Source of the DNA: an uncultured virus (IMG/VR IMGVR_UViG_3300036940_000262)
Taxonomy: Duplodnaviria; Heunggongvirae; Uroviricota; Caudoviricetes
Length of the DNA: 57,661 bases
IMG/VR virus record: IMGVR_UViG_3300036940_000262
Strand: one strand, 5' to 3'
How positions within the stretch are numbered: the first letter of the stretch is position 1; every line of letters starts with the position of its first letter. Under the pieces are notes generated by a model. The model ran no database searches, was not told where the DNA came from, and worked only from the letters and a program-made list of their open reading frames with translations. Below are positions 18,022-28,691 of this stretch, piece by piece. A program made the position numbers and the translations under genes.

Positions 18022-18987
18022 ATGAAAAAAGTTAAGTATGTGGAATTAGACGACAGTTATGCGAAGTTAGAGGAATTAAGACGGATGCATAGTGATTCGG
18101 GTGGGTGTTTGAGAGTTGATTTAGAGGACTATATCAACAGATTAGAGTTTGGTCAGTTAGGTGAGAATGAGGTTAAAGAGGAGTTGTTGGGGTTGGGTAT
18201 CCCTGCAACTTTGATATCAGGATTGAATCTTTCTTATGAAACTTCTAATGCTCAGATAGACTTTGTTTTAGTGACATCTAAGATTGTTTACTTTATCGAA
18301 TGTAAGTCTATGGTCGGTGATATCGGTGTATCTGAAAATGGTGAATTTAAAAGGTATATGTCAAACGGCGATAAATATGTAGGTGAGGATTTTCCTTCAC
18401 CTGTAAATCAAAACAGAAAACATATTACTGTACTAGACAGAATCCTAGAGGATGGGGGTATTGCTAAAAGTAAGGCTCTAGAAGGTCTAGTTGTTAAATC
18501 ATTAGTAGTATTTACAAACAAGAGAACAAACCTATTAATCAAAGACAGCCCTAATCATGTTAAAAATGTCCTAGTAAAAACATATCATCTTAAAAACAGA
18601 ATCGAGAAAGAGGTAGGAAGGGGTAGAACAGGACTTGGAAAAATAAACAACATTGTTGAAGGTTTAAAGCGGTTACATAACTGTCAGACAAAGGATTATG
18701 TTAAAGAGTATATCGACAGATATGAGTATGAGAAGCGTATTAAGATGCTTAAAAAACAAAGAAAAACCTTCAGTGATTTAAAGATAGCTTTAGAAAGATA
18801 CAGAGAGGAAAAAAGTAAAACAGATGGTATACAACCATATTTTATTCTTTCAGAGGAGCAGATCAACAACTTGTTGGATGTGAGACCGACTTCTGTATCA
18901 GAGTTAAAGGCTGTAAAAGGGTTTAATAAGAATAAAATCAGTAAGTTTGGTAAAGATATTATACTGGTTGTTTCAGAGAATATATGA
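18022..18987 (+). CDS. NERD nuclease-like domain plus HRDC domain protein
   Basis: GQLGE, QIDFVLV, IECKS, SPVNQN; C-terminal LERYR..PYFIL...P.S..EL..VKGF. Confidence 0.8.
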   Translation: MKKVKYVELDDSYAKLEELRRMHSDSGGCLRVDLEDYINRLEFGQLGENEVKEELLGLGIPATLISGLNLSYETSNAQIDFVLVTSKIVYFIECKSMVGDIGVSENGEFKRYMSNGDKYVGEDFPSPVNQNRKHITVLDRILEDGGIAKSKALEGLVVKSLVVFTNKRTNLLIKDSPNHVKNVLVKTYHLKNRIEKEVGRGRTGLGKINNIVEGLKRLHNCQTKDYVKEYIDRYEYEKRIKMLKKQRKTFSDLKIALERYREEKSKTDGIQPYFILSEEQINNLLDVRPTSVSELKAVKGFNKNKISKFGKDIILVVSENI

Positions 18988-18999
18988 GGGGTAATTTAA

Positions 19000-19368
19000 A
19001 TGTATGGAATCATAAAGAAAAAGAGTATAGGGGAGATTATAGATTTTAACGGCAATATAATCGGTTCAACAGATATAGAGTTACAGGTTGGTAAACTATA
19101 TTTAGGAAAAATTAACGGTAGAAATGCTGAAAGTCTGGTGGAGATTCCTGAAAACTTTATTAGTTATAGATTATTAGAACTGGTTTATACAGGAATGAGA
19201 GAAGGGGTAGACTTTTTAATCAGGATGGTTGGTTTAGAGGTTATATCAGATGAAAAGCTTGAGGACTTCAATCATGACAAAGTCTATGGAAACGATTCAG
19301 AGGTAGACAAAGAGTATTTCTTTTTAATACAGATATTTTTGTGCAAGTTGTACAATTTCTTAACGTAG
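19000..19368 (+). CDS. hypothetical protein
   Basis: ORF with GAGGGG RBS. Confidence 0.5.
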   Translation: MYGIIKKKSIGEIIDFNGNIIGSTDIELQVGKLYLGKINGRNAESLVEIPENFISYRLLELVYTGMREGVDFLIRMVGLEVISDEKLEDFNHDKVYGNDSEVDKEYFFLIQIFLCKLYNFLT

Positions 19369-19383
19369 GTAGGTGGAGGTATT

Positions 19384-19671
19384 ATGAAAAGTAAATTAAA
19401 AATAGGTTTAATTGGTTTGGCATTGGTTTTTTGTATGACTGTATTTTCAGGTTGTGAATCATGGGATAGGTTTATAAAATCAATTGGATCTGATGTTTCA
19501 GGTGGTATGGATAGACACATAACAGTTTATTCACAAACTGGTGAAGTGTTGGCTGAATATGATGGTATGATAGATATACAGGATACAGAGTACGGAAATA
19601 AAGTATTGTTTGATTTAGACGGTAAACGTACTGTAATTTATAATGCAACTGTGATTGCACAGGAGAAGTAG
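19384..19671 (+). CDS. small lipoprotein (DUF5052-like)
   Basis: Signal peptide with FSGC lipobox; K...SD..GG..R.ITVY...G motif. Confidence 0.6.
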   Translation: MKSKLKIGLIGLALVFCMTVFSGCESWDRFIKSIGSDVSGGMDRHITVYSQTGEVLAEYDGMIDIQDTEYGNKVLFDLDGKRTVIYNATVIAQEK

Positions 19672-19674
19672 TAG

Positions 19675-19703
19675 ATAGAGAACTTTAACTGGTTCTCTAT
19701 TTT
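19675..19703 (+). terminator. intrinsic terminator
   Basis: ATAGAGAAC / GTTCTCTAT stem followed by Ts. Confidence 0.7.
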
Positions 19704-19878
19704 AGTAAACTAGGTAAAACTTTGATTGTTATAATGTTATAATAGAATAAATTAAAAGTGTAAACAACTGTTGGGAAATGGTGAAAGTAGGGATCACAGT
19801 ATATCCGATTAAGGTAATTGCCGTAACTAACACAGAAACAAATGAGACTTTAATCTTTAAAACTTAGGAGAGTATAAA

Positions 19879-20217
19879 ATGACTGTAAAAGAATATTTAG
19901 AAAACACAAAAACAGAGGATATCCGTAAGCACGTTTTTTGCGAGGACGGTTTCAGTTTAAGTACTCAGGCAAGCAGTTTTCATTACTGTTTGCCTAGAAA
20001 AACTGGATTAGGAAAAGAGTACACTCATGTAGAGGTGGCTTGTCTTTCAGAAAAAGATAAACGTCTTGAAATGTATGAGCCTGTATATGCAGACCCAACA
20101 GATGAGTACACCCCTTGTGGATATGTACCTATTGAGTTGTTGGAGACCATTATAAAGGAACATGGTGGTATTCGGGCAGTAGTTTTATACAAGGTAAATT
20201 CAAAAAAAAAGCGGTAG
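19879..20217 (+). CDS. conserved phage hypothetical protein
   Basis: C.DGFSLS.QAS..HYC.PR ... YVP......I..HGG; AGGAG RBS. Confidence 0.6.
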   Translation: MTVKEYLENTKTEDIRKHVFCEDGFSLSTQASSFHYCLPRKTGLGKEYTHVEVACLSEKDKRLEMYEPVYADPTDEYTPCGYVPIELLETIIKEHGGIRAVVLYKVNSKKKR

Positions 20218-20357
20218 GGTAAGGCTAAAATAAAAGCTTGCCAAAAATAAGCGATTTAAGGGCGATTTAAAGGGGTAAAATTTTAAAGTGGTCAGGAATA
20301 CCACTTTTTTAAAAAAGTCCTTCAAATAGGGCAAGAAATAAAAATAAAGGGGAAGTT

Positions 20358-20804
20358 GTGTTCAAGAGAAAAGAATATGCTCAATATTATCCGATTATTG
20401 ATGAGCGTACCAAAAGCTGTTTTTTAAATGAGAATCGCATAGAGTACCTGCAGTATATTAACAATAGGGTACAGCGGTGCAAGAATATGTACGACTATCA
20501 TTTACGTCAATACGACAGAAAACAGGAAGTTGTTAACGGAAAAATAAACAAAAATAATGCTTTATTCAATATGCGTAGAGAGGAGAATATTAAACATGAT
20601 GATAACCTCAACAGACTTGAAAAGGATTTGTCTCTTTTTCGCAGACTATCTTCTGCCCTTTGTGAAGATCCTTCAATTGGGGACTGTAATTACTTGATGC
20701 TTAAAAGACAACGAGATAGAACCACAGAAATTATTTTAAGTACAGCAATAGCTGTAATGTCAGGGTTTCTGCTTTACTTTCTTAAAAGCAATGGGTTTAT
20801 ATAG
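20358..20804 (+). CDS. hypothetical protein with C-terminal TM segment
   Basis: ORF with a hydrophobic C-terminus. Confidence 0.5.
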   Translation: MFKRKEYAQYYPIIDERTKSCFLNENRIEYLQYINNRVQRCKNMYDYHLRQYDRKQEVVNGKINKNNALFNMRREENIKHDDNLNRLEKDLSLFRRLSSALCEDPSIGDCNYLMLKRQRDRTTEIILSTAIAVMSGFLLYFLKSNGFI

Positions 20805-21032
20805 GGGTAGGCATTGTGGCTTATTCAATATTAGGGGTAGAGTTGTTAGGTTATCTTTTGTTGTGTAAACAACTGTATTGTGAGGAAGTCCTTCCACCTG
20901 GGATATCTGTAGGTAAGTTTATAGAGTTCTTAACTGTTGATGTTGAGGATGAAAGTATGTTAATAAAGGTTAAAAACGGAAAAGTTGAATATGTAGGTAA
21001 CTTAGAAGAGGGTTAAACAAATTAAGAAGGGT

Positions 21033-21515
21033 ATGTGTATGAAAAAATTAATTGCGGTGTTTGATTTCTCACATGGGTATAAAGAAACTCAGCACACATT
21101 AGAAACAACAGAAACTATTAAAAAACTATCAAAGACTGGATGCTTTGATAGTGTGGTATTACTGGTAGTGGCGGATGAGGATAAACAAATAATTCCTAAA
21201 GATTTACGTTCTTGTTCAGATGTAGTTTATAACTTTATAAGTGACGTCCCAACTGACTTATACAGTGATTTAGTGATGAGAAGTGATGACGTGTACTTAG
21301 TTGGGGTAGGTGTCGATTCTTTAATATTACAGGTAGCGTATGCGATTAAGGGCATATGTCATTCAGTAACATTGATATCTTCTTGTGTAGCCTCATTAAA
21401 CGGAATTAAAGGGTGTAACTCAGGTATACATTGTCTAGAAGTTTTACTTGGAAAAGAGAACATTATTGGTGGTATGTTAGACAATGTATTATCTGAATTA
21501 AAGAAGGTGGTGTAA
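21033..21515 (+). CDS. degenerate isochorismatase/cysteine-hydrolase-like protein
   Basis: LIAVFD start; VYLVGVGVDSLI and LISSCVAS match the fold, but the catalytic Cys position is not conserved. Confidence 0.4.
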   Translation: MCMKKLIAVFDFSHGYKETQHTLETTETIKKLSKTGCFDSVVLLVVADEDKQIIPKDLRSCSDVVYNFISDVPTDLYSDLVMRSDDVYLVGVGVDSLILQVAYAIKGICHSVTLISSCVASLNGIKGCNSGIHCLEVLLGKENIIGGMLDNVLSELKKVV

Positions 21516-21729
21516 TATGAACGCTTTCATTGTATGGTCAGCACTTGATATAATGCTTGTCAGTGGACTATTATTAGATATGGCTATCGGGGTATTTTAA
21601 AGTTACAGTCCTAAGTAAGACTAAAAACTGCTTAATTTTTTATGTTCACAAAGGTAAATGTGGTATTGTAAAAGTTGTGTGTGATTCAAAAATTTTCTTA
21701 TAAGGTAAAGCGAAAGGGAGGGTTCTAAG

Positions 21730-22926
21730 TTGGCAAACACGATACTATACAACAATTTAATTGAGGTACTAGGGGGTAAAAAATATTTTACATCCAAAGA
21801 AGGAGAGAGTGCATTAATAAAAGATTGGTCACCAAATCTCTATAAAATTCTGGTAATATCTCAGGACTTCGTCATGTCTGTGACACATACAGGTAGGGTG
21901 TCAATGAAACAAATCGATAGAGGGTTTTTAAGTCAGGAATTGGCGGAGTTATATAATTCAGGTAAGTCAAGACCCGAACTAAATTCAATCTTCAATAAAA
22001 GATCTTTAACGTGTTTAGAGGAGATTTATATTGATCAATCTATCAATTTACCGTTTGTGGTAGATTTATCAAAACTTGTAGACAGTCTGACAAGTAGTAG
22101 AAACAGCAGGTTAAGGAAATACGGGGTAGGTGTTTTTGATATCAATACGGCAAATGTAATTCAAGAAACAGTTAGAAATATATCAGCATTTCCACAATTC
22201 TATGATTTCTCAATCACAGATAAGCGTTTAGGTCTAAACATAAGATTCAAAGACTTGAATAATAGTGATTGGTACAAGAAAAAAGCTTTAAGAGAACATT
22301 ATTATGGTGTAGATAAACCAAAAAGAAATTTGGCTGTATACCTTAATAAAGTAGAAGCTTATATGTTAAAAAACTTGAATAGTCAAGTACAAAAAGCAAA
22401 AGACGATAGAGTTTTAGAAGGCATTATGGAGTATGTGAATAGTGACATAAAAAGTCTATCTTATTCTGGCAGGATAAATAAAATTGTAACTTATATAAAA
22501 AACTACGATAATGAGGATGCTAAGATGCTGAAAAAGGTCTTTTCAGATGTGTTAGCAAGAAACAAAGAGATTAAAGGATTGACACCCGACTTTTTAGAAG
22601 AGCAAGGAGTCAGTTCAGAAATGCAAAAGTTCTATGAGAACTTTAACTTGCTAAGTTCTGCAAAAACGAGTAGTCTTAGTGACATAAAGAAGCCTGATTG
22701 GGGTAGTGAATTTGGTTTCATCAATCTTCAACAGTTTATGGATTTGCTTTGTGCAGGGGTTGCATCAGAACTTGGAAGGAGTAGCGTAAGATATAAAATA
22801 GCCTTAAAATCAGCGGGGTATATTCCAAAAGGGAAACTAGATTCAAATGGTGGTAAAGAGAATGAGATAGAGGGTTACTTTGAATTTCTATCACAAATCA
22901 TAGGAATGAGTTTAAAGGGGGATTAA
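21730..22926 (+). CDS. hypothetical protein
   Basis: 398-aa ORF with GGAGGG RBS, coupled to the large ATPase gene. Confidence 0.6.
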   Translation: MANTILYNNLIEVLGGKKYFTSKEGESALIKDWSPNLYKILVISQDFVMSVTHTGRVSMKQIDRGFLSQELAELYNSGKSRPELNSIFNKRSLTCLEEIYIDQSINLPFVVDLSKLVDSLTSSRNSRLRKYGVGVFDINTANVIQETVRNISAFPQFYDFSITDKRLGLNIRFKDLNNSDWYKKKALREHYYGVDKPKRNLAVYLNKVEAYMLKNLNSQVQKAKDDRVLEGIMEYVNSDIKSLSYSGRINKIVTYIKNYDNEDAKMLKKVFSDVLARNKEIKGLTPDFLEEQGVSSEMQKFYENFNLLSSAKTSSLSDIKKPDWGSEFGFINLQQFMDLLCAGVASELGRSSVRYKIALKSAGYIPKGKLDSNGGKENEIEGYFEFLSQIIGMSLKGD

Positions 22927-25900
22927 ATGGATTTAAAAGAGCTTGTAAAACTAAGTGACGAAAGGTGCGGTGAAGGTTCTCTTAAAGAGGTCGGTGATTA
23001 CTTTAAAGCGTTAGCAGGTGACAAGAGAAGTCTCTGTAGTGATGAAGAAGGTGTATTAAAACAGTTCGGTTTAGAGTTAACAGGCTCAGATGAGTCTCTA
23101 ACTATGTCATATCTTGTAGACACATTGACAATCTTATCATTCAAACAAGGGGAGACAGTCAGCATAAACACTGGAGATAGAGCTAAAATGCTGTGCGGTA
23201 AACATGGCTTAAAACCTGTAGATTCTTCATACGATAAGTGTTTAGAGGAGTTGCAAAATAAGCTTAATTCAGATACCAAAGAAACAAGTAAATCAAATTC
23301 TTTAACAGAGGAAGAAGAAAAGCTAGTATTATCCACCTTTGGAAGTAATATCAGTATTATGCTAGAAGAACTAGAATTTAGGTACAGAGATTTATTTGCA
23401 TCTGGATACGATTTGAACAAACCTTATGGTGTCCTTATTAAAAATAAAGTGTTGAAACTGTCTGGAGATAAGGTAATAGAAGAAAGTCCTGTAGAGATTG
23501 TAAAGATGTACAATTGTGTAGAGAAAGCTTTTGGCGGTAGTTTTGAGACATCAGACAAACGGTCTATTAAGGGGATGATAGATAAGCTATACACAAACTA
23601 CTCATCAGGGGTAAATACTTTAGTTTATTTCCCCTATAAGATGTTAGAGTTTGCTTATGGTCGACAAAAACCTACAGGTGATGGTCAGGAGTCAAAATTC
23701 ACATACTCAAAACATTCTGATGCTTCAAGTTGGGCTAAGTATTCTGCTATTGAAATCACAGCGGATAATGCCAACAGTATGCGTGGCCTGTTAAAAACTG
23801 CTGTTTGTAAATTTGTTTATCATCGATTAGAGGGTAAAGAGGTTAATGTGGACAATATTATCCCTATGATGGATGATGTCATCAATTTCTTAGTATACGT
23901 ACAACAATCTCTATCTGTCTGTATACTGATGCCAAAGTATGAAAAATCAAAAGACATTGTATCTGCTTATAAATTGAGAGTTTGCGACCCTTTAAATGTG
24001 TTAGGTAACAAGAATTTATCTACAGATATTATAAGAGATGCATTCATGGGAGGGCTTGGGGTATCACCAAATAGTTCTGAACCACTTATAGAGGATAGAA
24101 CATTTGTTAAAACTTATTCGCATGAGTTCAATTATAAAAAGTCACAAGCAAAACCTCTTTTTTCTTACAAAGCATACGATATATGTAAAGAGAACGGCAT
24201 CACTCCGACTTGGGACAATATGATTTTAGGTCAATTTGAGGATGATTCTATTTTGACGAATGGAAAAAGAGGCGTAGACTTAAGTAGAATTTTGATACAT
24301 CACTATATTGCCGGATCGAGAGCAGGAAAAGGGGTAATGACACTTAATATGTTGGCTTCTGCTATTACAACAGGCAGAGCAATTTTCTATCTTGACAATA
24401 AGCCTGATATGTCATCTATGTTTAGAAGTATATCTAAAGAAATGTTCACAGTAAACGGTGCGTCTTACGGTGAGAAATATGACAAATACGACGGTCAGTT
24501 GATGTTTGGTGATCGACAAGAGGCCATCAGTATAAACAATATTCCAGACTACTTGCTTAACAGTCAATTAAAATTTGAGCCAACTTGGGATAGTCTTGGT
24601 ACAATGTTTTATATGCGAGCATTAAAACTTGTTGTAGGTATCGTAATTGCAAGAGGTGCTGAACATACAGAAACCAATTTACAAAAATTAGGTGGAGTAG
24701 ATTCAGGGGTACTAATTGTTATAGATGAGTTAACGGAGTTTAATGGAGATTTTTACAAGATATTTGAAAAGCTTGTTAAAACCATACCTGCGGCTAGTTA
24801 TGAGGCGGATAAGCAGAAGGTAGAGGAAGGTAAGTTAACTCAAAAAAGGTTAGATATGGACTACACATTAGAGGGGTTCTATACTTTAGCCTTTTTAAAT
24901 TCATTAATAGAGGATATGGAAACATTGAAAAATTATGAAAACAAATTATTCTCTACTGCTGAAATAGGTAAAAGTGATATTTTTATAATTGGTCAATCAG
25001 CTAAATACAACAAAGTCAATAGTTCGGATTTTGCTCAAGAATTAAATGGTTCTAGGAGTAAAAATGCTGGATCAGGCGGGATAACAAAGACTGGAAGGAG
25101 GGCATTGTTAGAGGACACAGTTCGTTCAATACCGTATACCTTAGCAAATTTCAGACCTGCTGATGCTTTCTTTGGAAGAAATGTAGAGAGAGGTTATTTA
25201 AAACAAGATGAAAAGGGGTCAAAAGCGTTTAGTTTACTAAACAATGCATCGTATTTTGCGTACATAAATAATTATTCAGAGTCTACAAAATCTACTATAC
25301 TCGATAATTCTAAAGATGTTGATAAGATTTCTGCATCTGCTGTATATTTTAAGCCTTATCTTGTCCTCAATAACAATACAAGTGATTATTTAGATCCAAT
25401 GTATGAAAGATGTACAGGTCTAACAGCAGAGCAAATTGCAAGCCCTCAGGGGTTCAATCATCCATCAGCAAACATCACAAAAGAACAGGTTATTGCTGAG
25501 TATACTGCCCCTGACGGGGTAAGCATCCATCCAGCAGTAGGGTTTCCAGGGTATCTCAAGCACATGGGTATTGAAGGTTGGGAGGATAATCTAGCAAAGT
25601 CTGGAAGAATTGCAAATACAGTTGTTCAGGACTATTTAGGGTATAATGGTACTTGGCTAGAGTTTATAACAGACCTAAGACCTGAATGGATATTTACAAT
25701 AAGTGACATCGTGTCAGCGGCACAAGGTAAGCCTTTAAAAATGAGGAATCCTGAAAGGTGGGATGCAACAAAAGACTTCTACGAATTTAGTCCTGAATCT
25801 TTCGGGGGTAGTCGAGAGGATTCAGATCCTCAAAGCTTGTTTGATGGTGAGGAATTTTTAGATAACGAACAAAATCTAAATCAAACTGGGTATGATTCGG

Positions 25901-27114
25901 ATAGTAAAAAGGTGTATAATAATAGTGAAATTAGTCAAAGCTCAGAGATTTATAGTGATCCAGATGAGATGCATATATTTGATGATTTTGACGATTTTGA
26001 GGATAGTGAAACTGATGTAGTTATAGATAATGAGGTTGAATTTAGTGATAATCCTAATGATACCCATGTCTTTGATGATTTCAGCGACTTCGATGAGGAA
26101 GTTCAGATGTTTGAGCCTGATGTGGAAGTTATTCCAAAAGATGAGGAGATTGATTTTGAGAAGTCTTTCAAGACATCAATGGAGGATACTCGTCAAGGTG
26201 TAGAAAATCTATCAGAAATCCAAAGTATGTTAGAAAAGCTAGAAGCAATGGGTTATGAAACAACTCTAAAGAAAAAGCAACAAGAGAAAGATTTTGAGAC
26301 TTATGTTAAGGCGAGACCGTTAGACGATTTCAATGTTAAGACAGCCAGCATCTTAGATGATGAGTATACAAGTTTTAATTCAGATGATTTGTCGCACTTT
26401 GAGCGGTTAGTTAATAAGATAACAGAGGATGTTTTAAAAACTTTTCATGGTGCAAGTAGAGTAAAGTCTTTCAAGGTAATTGGTGGTACAATAGTTATTA
26501 ACAAATGTGCTTATCAATGTAAGCTTGGGGAGAGGATGACATCAAAACTACCCTATGATTTAAGGAGGGAAATAAACTCAGGTAATATTAGCAAGTTATT
26601 TGATTATGGTAGAGTGTTTGATATGACTAGTTTAAGAGAACTTCAATTTGATTCTCTTGACTTAGTATATGATTGTGTTTCAGAAGCAATGGGGTACGGC
26701 GGACGCTTGTCTGTAGATTTATTCTTTAAAGACTTAAAGTCCTTAGAAGTGTTAACACTTGGTAATAATACATTCAGAAGAAGCACTTATAAAAAGGACA
26801 TCGCTAATGATGATGTATTCTATACACCTAAAGCTTCTACAAAGTTCTTCAATGCTTCAAGTAATTTTTTAGGTGATTTACGAAGGAAGTCTTGGGGGTT
26901 AACGAAAAATACGGTAACAAATAAAAAGTATGGTTTGTTAACAAAGGGTTTGGCTGTAGCGGTTGGTGCAGTTGGAACAGTAGGTGCTGGAGGTGCTGAA
27001 TTGTTTATGAAAACAGGAAGTGCTGTAACAGGTAATACAACAGGTTTTGGTAGAAAAGCTACAAAAGGCTTAGGAGGTATTGTTAAACAGTTCTCAGATA
27101 TGTTTAAGGAGTAA
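22927..27114 (+). CDS. large multidomain P-loop NTPase (FtsK/HerA/VirB4-like)
   Basis: Walker A IAGSRAGKG, FYLDNK, Walker B VLIVIDE and IIGQS; acidic linker and Gly-rich C-terminus. Confidence 0.6.
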   Translation: MDLKELVKLSDERCGEGSLKEVGDYFKALAGDKRSLCSDEEGVLKQFGLELTGSDESLTMSYLVDTLTILSFKQGETVSINTGDRAKMLCGKHGLKPVDSSYDKCLEELQNKLNSDTKETSKSNSLTEEEEKLVLSTFGSNISIMLEELEFRYRDLFASGYDLNKPYGVLIKNKVLKLSGDKVIEESPVEIVKMYNCVEKAFGGSFETSDKRSIKGMIDKLYTNYSSGVNTLVYFPYKMLEFAYGRQKPTGDGQESKFTYSKHSDASSWAKYSAIEITADNANSMRGLLKTAVCKFVYHRLEGKEVNVDNIIPMMDDVINFLVYVQQSLSVCILMPKYEKSKDIVSAYKLRVCDPLNVLGNKNLSTDIIRDAFMGGLGVSPNSSEPLIEDRTFVKTYSHEFNYKKSQAKPLFSYKAYDICKENGITPTWDNMILGQFEDDSILTNGKRGVDLSRILIHHYIAGSRAGKGVMTLNMLASAITTGRAIFYLDNKPDMSSMFRSISKEMFTVNGASYGEKYDKYDGQLMFGDRQEAISINNIPDYLLNSQLKFEPTWDSLGTMFYMRALKLVVGIVIARGAEHTETNLQKLGGVDSGVLIVIDELTEFNGDFYKIFEKLVKTIPAASYEADKQKVEEGKLTQKRLDMDYTLEGFYTLAFLNSLIEDMETLKNYENKLFSTAEIGKSDIFIIGQSAKYNKVNSSDFAQELNGSRSKNAGSGGITKTGRRALLEDTVRSIPYTLANFRPADAFFGRNVERGYLKQDEKGSKAFSLLNNASYFAYINNYSESTKSTILDNSKDVDKISASAVYFKPYLVLNNNTSDYLDPMYERCTGLTAEQIASPQGFNHPSANITKEQVIAEYTAPDGVSIHPAVGFPGYLKHMGIEGWEDNLAKSGRIANTVVQDYLGYNGTWLEFITDLRPEWIFTISDIVSAAQGKPLKMRNPERWDATKDFYEFSPESFGGSREDSDPQSLFDGEEFLDNEQNLNQTGYDSDSKKVYNNSEISQSSEIYSDPDEMHIFDDFDDFEDSETDVVIDNEVEFSDNPNDTHVFDDFSDFDEEVQMFEPDVEVIPKDEEIDFEKSFKTSMEDTRQGVENLSEIQSMLEKLEAMGYETTLKKKQQEKDFETYVKARPLDDFNVKTASILDDEYTSFNSDDLSHFERLVNKITEDVLKTFHGASRVKSFKVIGGTIVINKCAYQCKLGERMTSKLPYDLRREINSGNISKLFDYGRVFDMTSLRELQFDSLDLVYDCVSEAMGYGGRLSVDLFFKDLKSLEVLTLGNNTFRRSTYKKDIANDDVFYTPKASTKFFNASSNFLGDLRRKSWGLTKNTVTNKKYGLLTKGLAVAVGAVGTVGAGGAELFMKTGSAVTGNTTGFGRKATKGLGGIVKQFSDMFKE

Positions 27115-27116
27115 TC

Positions 27117-27350
27117 ATGCAAGAATACAAAGTCTTGGGGGTAACTGAAAATGATGACATAGAGGTAATAAGAAAAAGCTATTTGATGTTGGTTAAGCGG
27201 TATCATCCTGATAAACAAGGTGGCGATCCTGTGAAGTTTAGGGAAGTTCAAAATGCTTGGGAAAAAGTAAAAGATAAAAAAGCTATTATAGTAGATAAGC
27301 GGTTAGATATTACTCATGCAAGCTTATTTACATTTATAAAATTAAAATAA
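27117..27350 (+). CDS. J-domain (DnaJ-like) co-chaperone
   Basis: Y.VLGV...IRKSY..LVKRYHPDK..G....F.EVQ.AWE. Confidence 0.9.
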   Translation: MQEYKVLGVTENDDIEVIRKSYLMLVKRYHPDKQGGDPVKFREVQNAWEKVKDKKAIIVDKRLDITHASLFTFIKLK

Positions 27351-27365
27351 AATTTGGAGGACAGT

Positions 27366-27764
27366 ATGGGTTTAGTAAAGAACGATTTTGTTGAAATGGA
27401 TTGGAACGCAAGTTGGTTTTTGCAAGGCAAGAAAGCAGGGTTTATCCTTGCAATTGAGGAGTATAACGGTGTTGGTGTTGCTTTTCAAGATAATGTAGCC
27501 TACGTAATGTTTGACGATAACAATAAGTTAGAAACTGGTAATTCGTTAATTAAAATGGCACAGGCTGAAATGAAAGCTAAGAATCCTGATTTTCCAGAGT
27601 ATATGGATGGTTATGAAATGGTCGCTGATGGTGGCGGTGTGTGTGCGAATGAAGAATTATTAGAAACAATTGGTTTGTCAGAGGAAAATCTGGATGACAT
27701 CGAAAAACGATTAGAGGATCTGTCTTGTTATTGGGGTATTGAGACAACAGAAGTTCCTGATTAA
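27366..27764 (+). CDS. hypothetical protein
   Basis: GGAGG RBS before MGLVK; terminator follows. Confidence 0.55.
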   Translation: MGLVKNDFVEMDWNASWFLQGKKAGFILAIEEYNGVGVAFQDNVAYVMFDDNNKLETGNSLIKMAQAEMKAKNPDFPEYMDGYEMVADGGGVCANEELLETIGLSEENLDDIEKRLEDLSCYWGIETTEVPD

Positions 27765-27773
27765 TTGAAAGTC

Positions 27774-27801
27774 AAGACGGGGTGAAAACCTCGTCTTTTT
27801 T
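27774..27801 (+). terminator. intrinsic terminator
   Basis: AAGACGGGGT-GAAA-ACCTCGTCTT followed by a T-run. Confidence 0.8.
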
Positions 27802-28088
27802 ATTTACAGGGGATTAAAAAAGTCACTTATTTGTCATAACAGGTGTCAGTATAGGTTTTAGAAGAATGTTAAAATATAATGTTAATATTGTGATATTTAT
27901 TTCTGAGGTATATTAAAAAAAGATAAAATCATTTAAAATAAGGCCTTTGAGCAGTTTATATAGGGGTTGAGGGTATTTATAAGAGGGCAGAAACTCTTTT
28001 AAAAATGTCATAAATATTTTGAAATCAGGGTTAAATTTTTTTAAAATTTGTGGTATAATAGTGTTGTTATTCGGAAAAGAGGTTTTTA

Positions 28089-28691
28089 ATGAAAAAGTTT
28101 TTTACAAACATTGATGTACTATCCACTACAAAAGGTTATGATGAGAGGTTAGTCGGCTTTTTAGGTGAATTGAAAGAGTATATAAAAACAGAGTATCCAT
28201 TTCAGTATAGAAACAGTTTTAAGTATATGCCACTTTGGGGTAAGACAGATTTAGAAATAAGCAATATATTGGGTATGTCAAAGAACACTGTTTCCAGTGC
28301 TAAACGACTTATGTCGAACGAATTATATGAATCCTTTGGTCACGATTTCTTTACTGTGGCGGTTAATAACTTAAAAGAAGCAAAGATGCGACTTATTGTT
28401 GTTAAAAATTACAGAAATGTTGATACTGTGTTGGTTTCGGGATTTGTAGATTTCATATCTAAAAACAAGAATTTGGAATCATTAGATATTGATATAGAGG
28501 ATTGTAATAAAGAGATAGAGTTTCTTAAGAAGTATTCAAGAACAACAATTAAAAGAGATTTAAAAGAGTTGGATAGTGATAAGATTGAATATCTTATTGG
28601 CATCCTAGAAAACAAAGTTGGTAGTCCAAAGGACAGATTTGATTTGATAAGTTCAGTTCAGAAAGGGTTAAAGAATGAAAGTAACGGTTAG
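28089..28691 (+). CDS. putative transcription regulator with sigma-region-4/LuxR-like HTH
   Basis: GKTDLEISNILGMSKNTVSSAKR. Confidence 0.5.
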   Translation: MKKFFTNIDVLSTTKGYDERLVGFLGELKEYIKTEYPFQYRNSFKYMPLWGKTDLEISNILGMSKNTVSSAKRLMSNELYESFGHDFFTVAVNNLKEAKMRLIVVKNYRNVDTVLVSGFVDFISKNKNLESLDIDIEDCNKEIEFLKKYSRTTIKRDLKELDSDKIEYLIGILENKVGSPKDRFDLISSVQKGLKNESNG

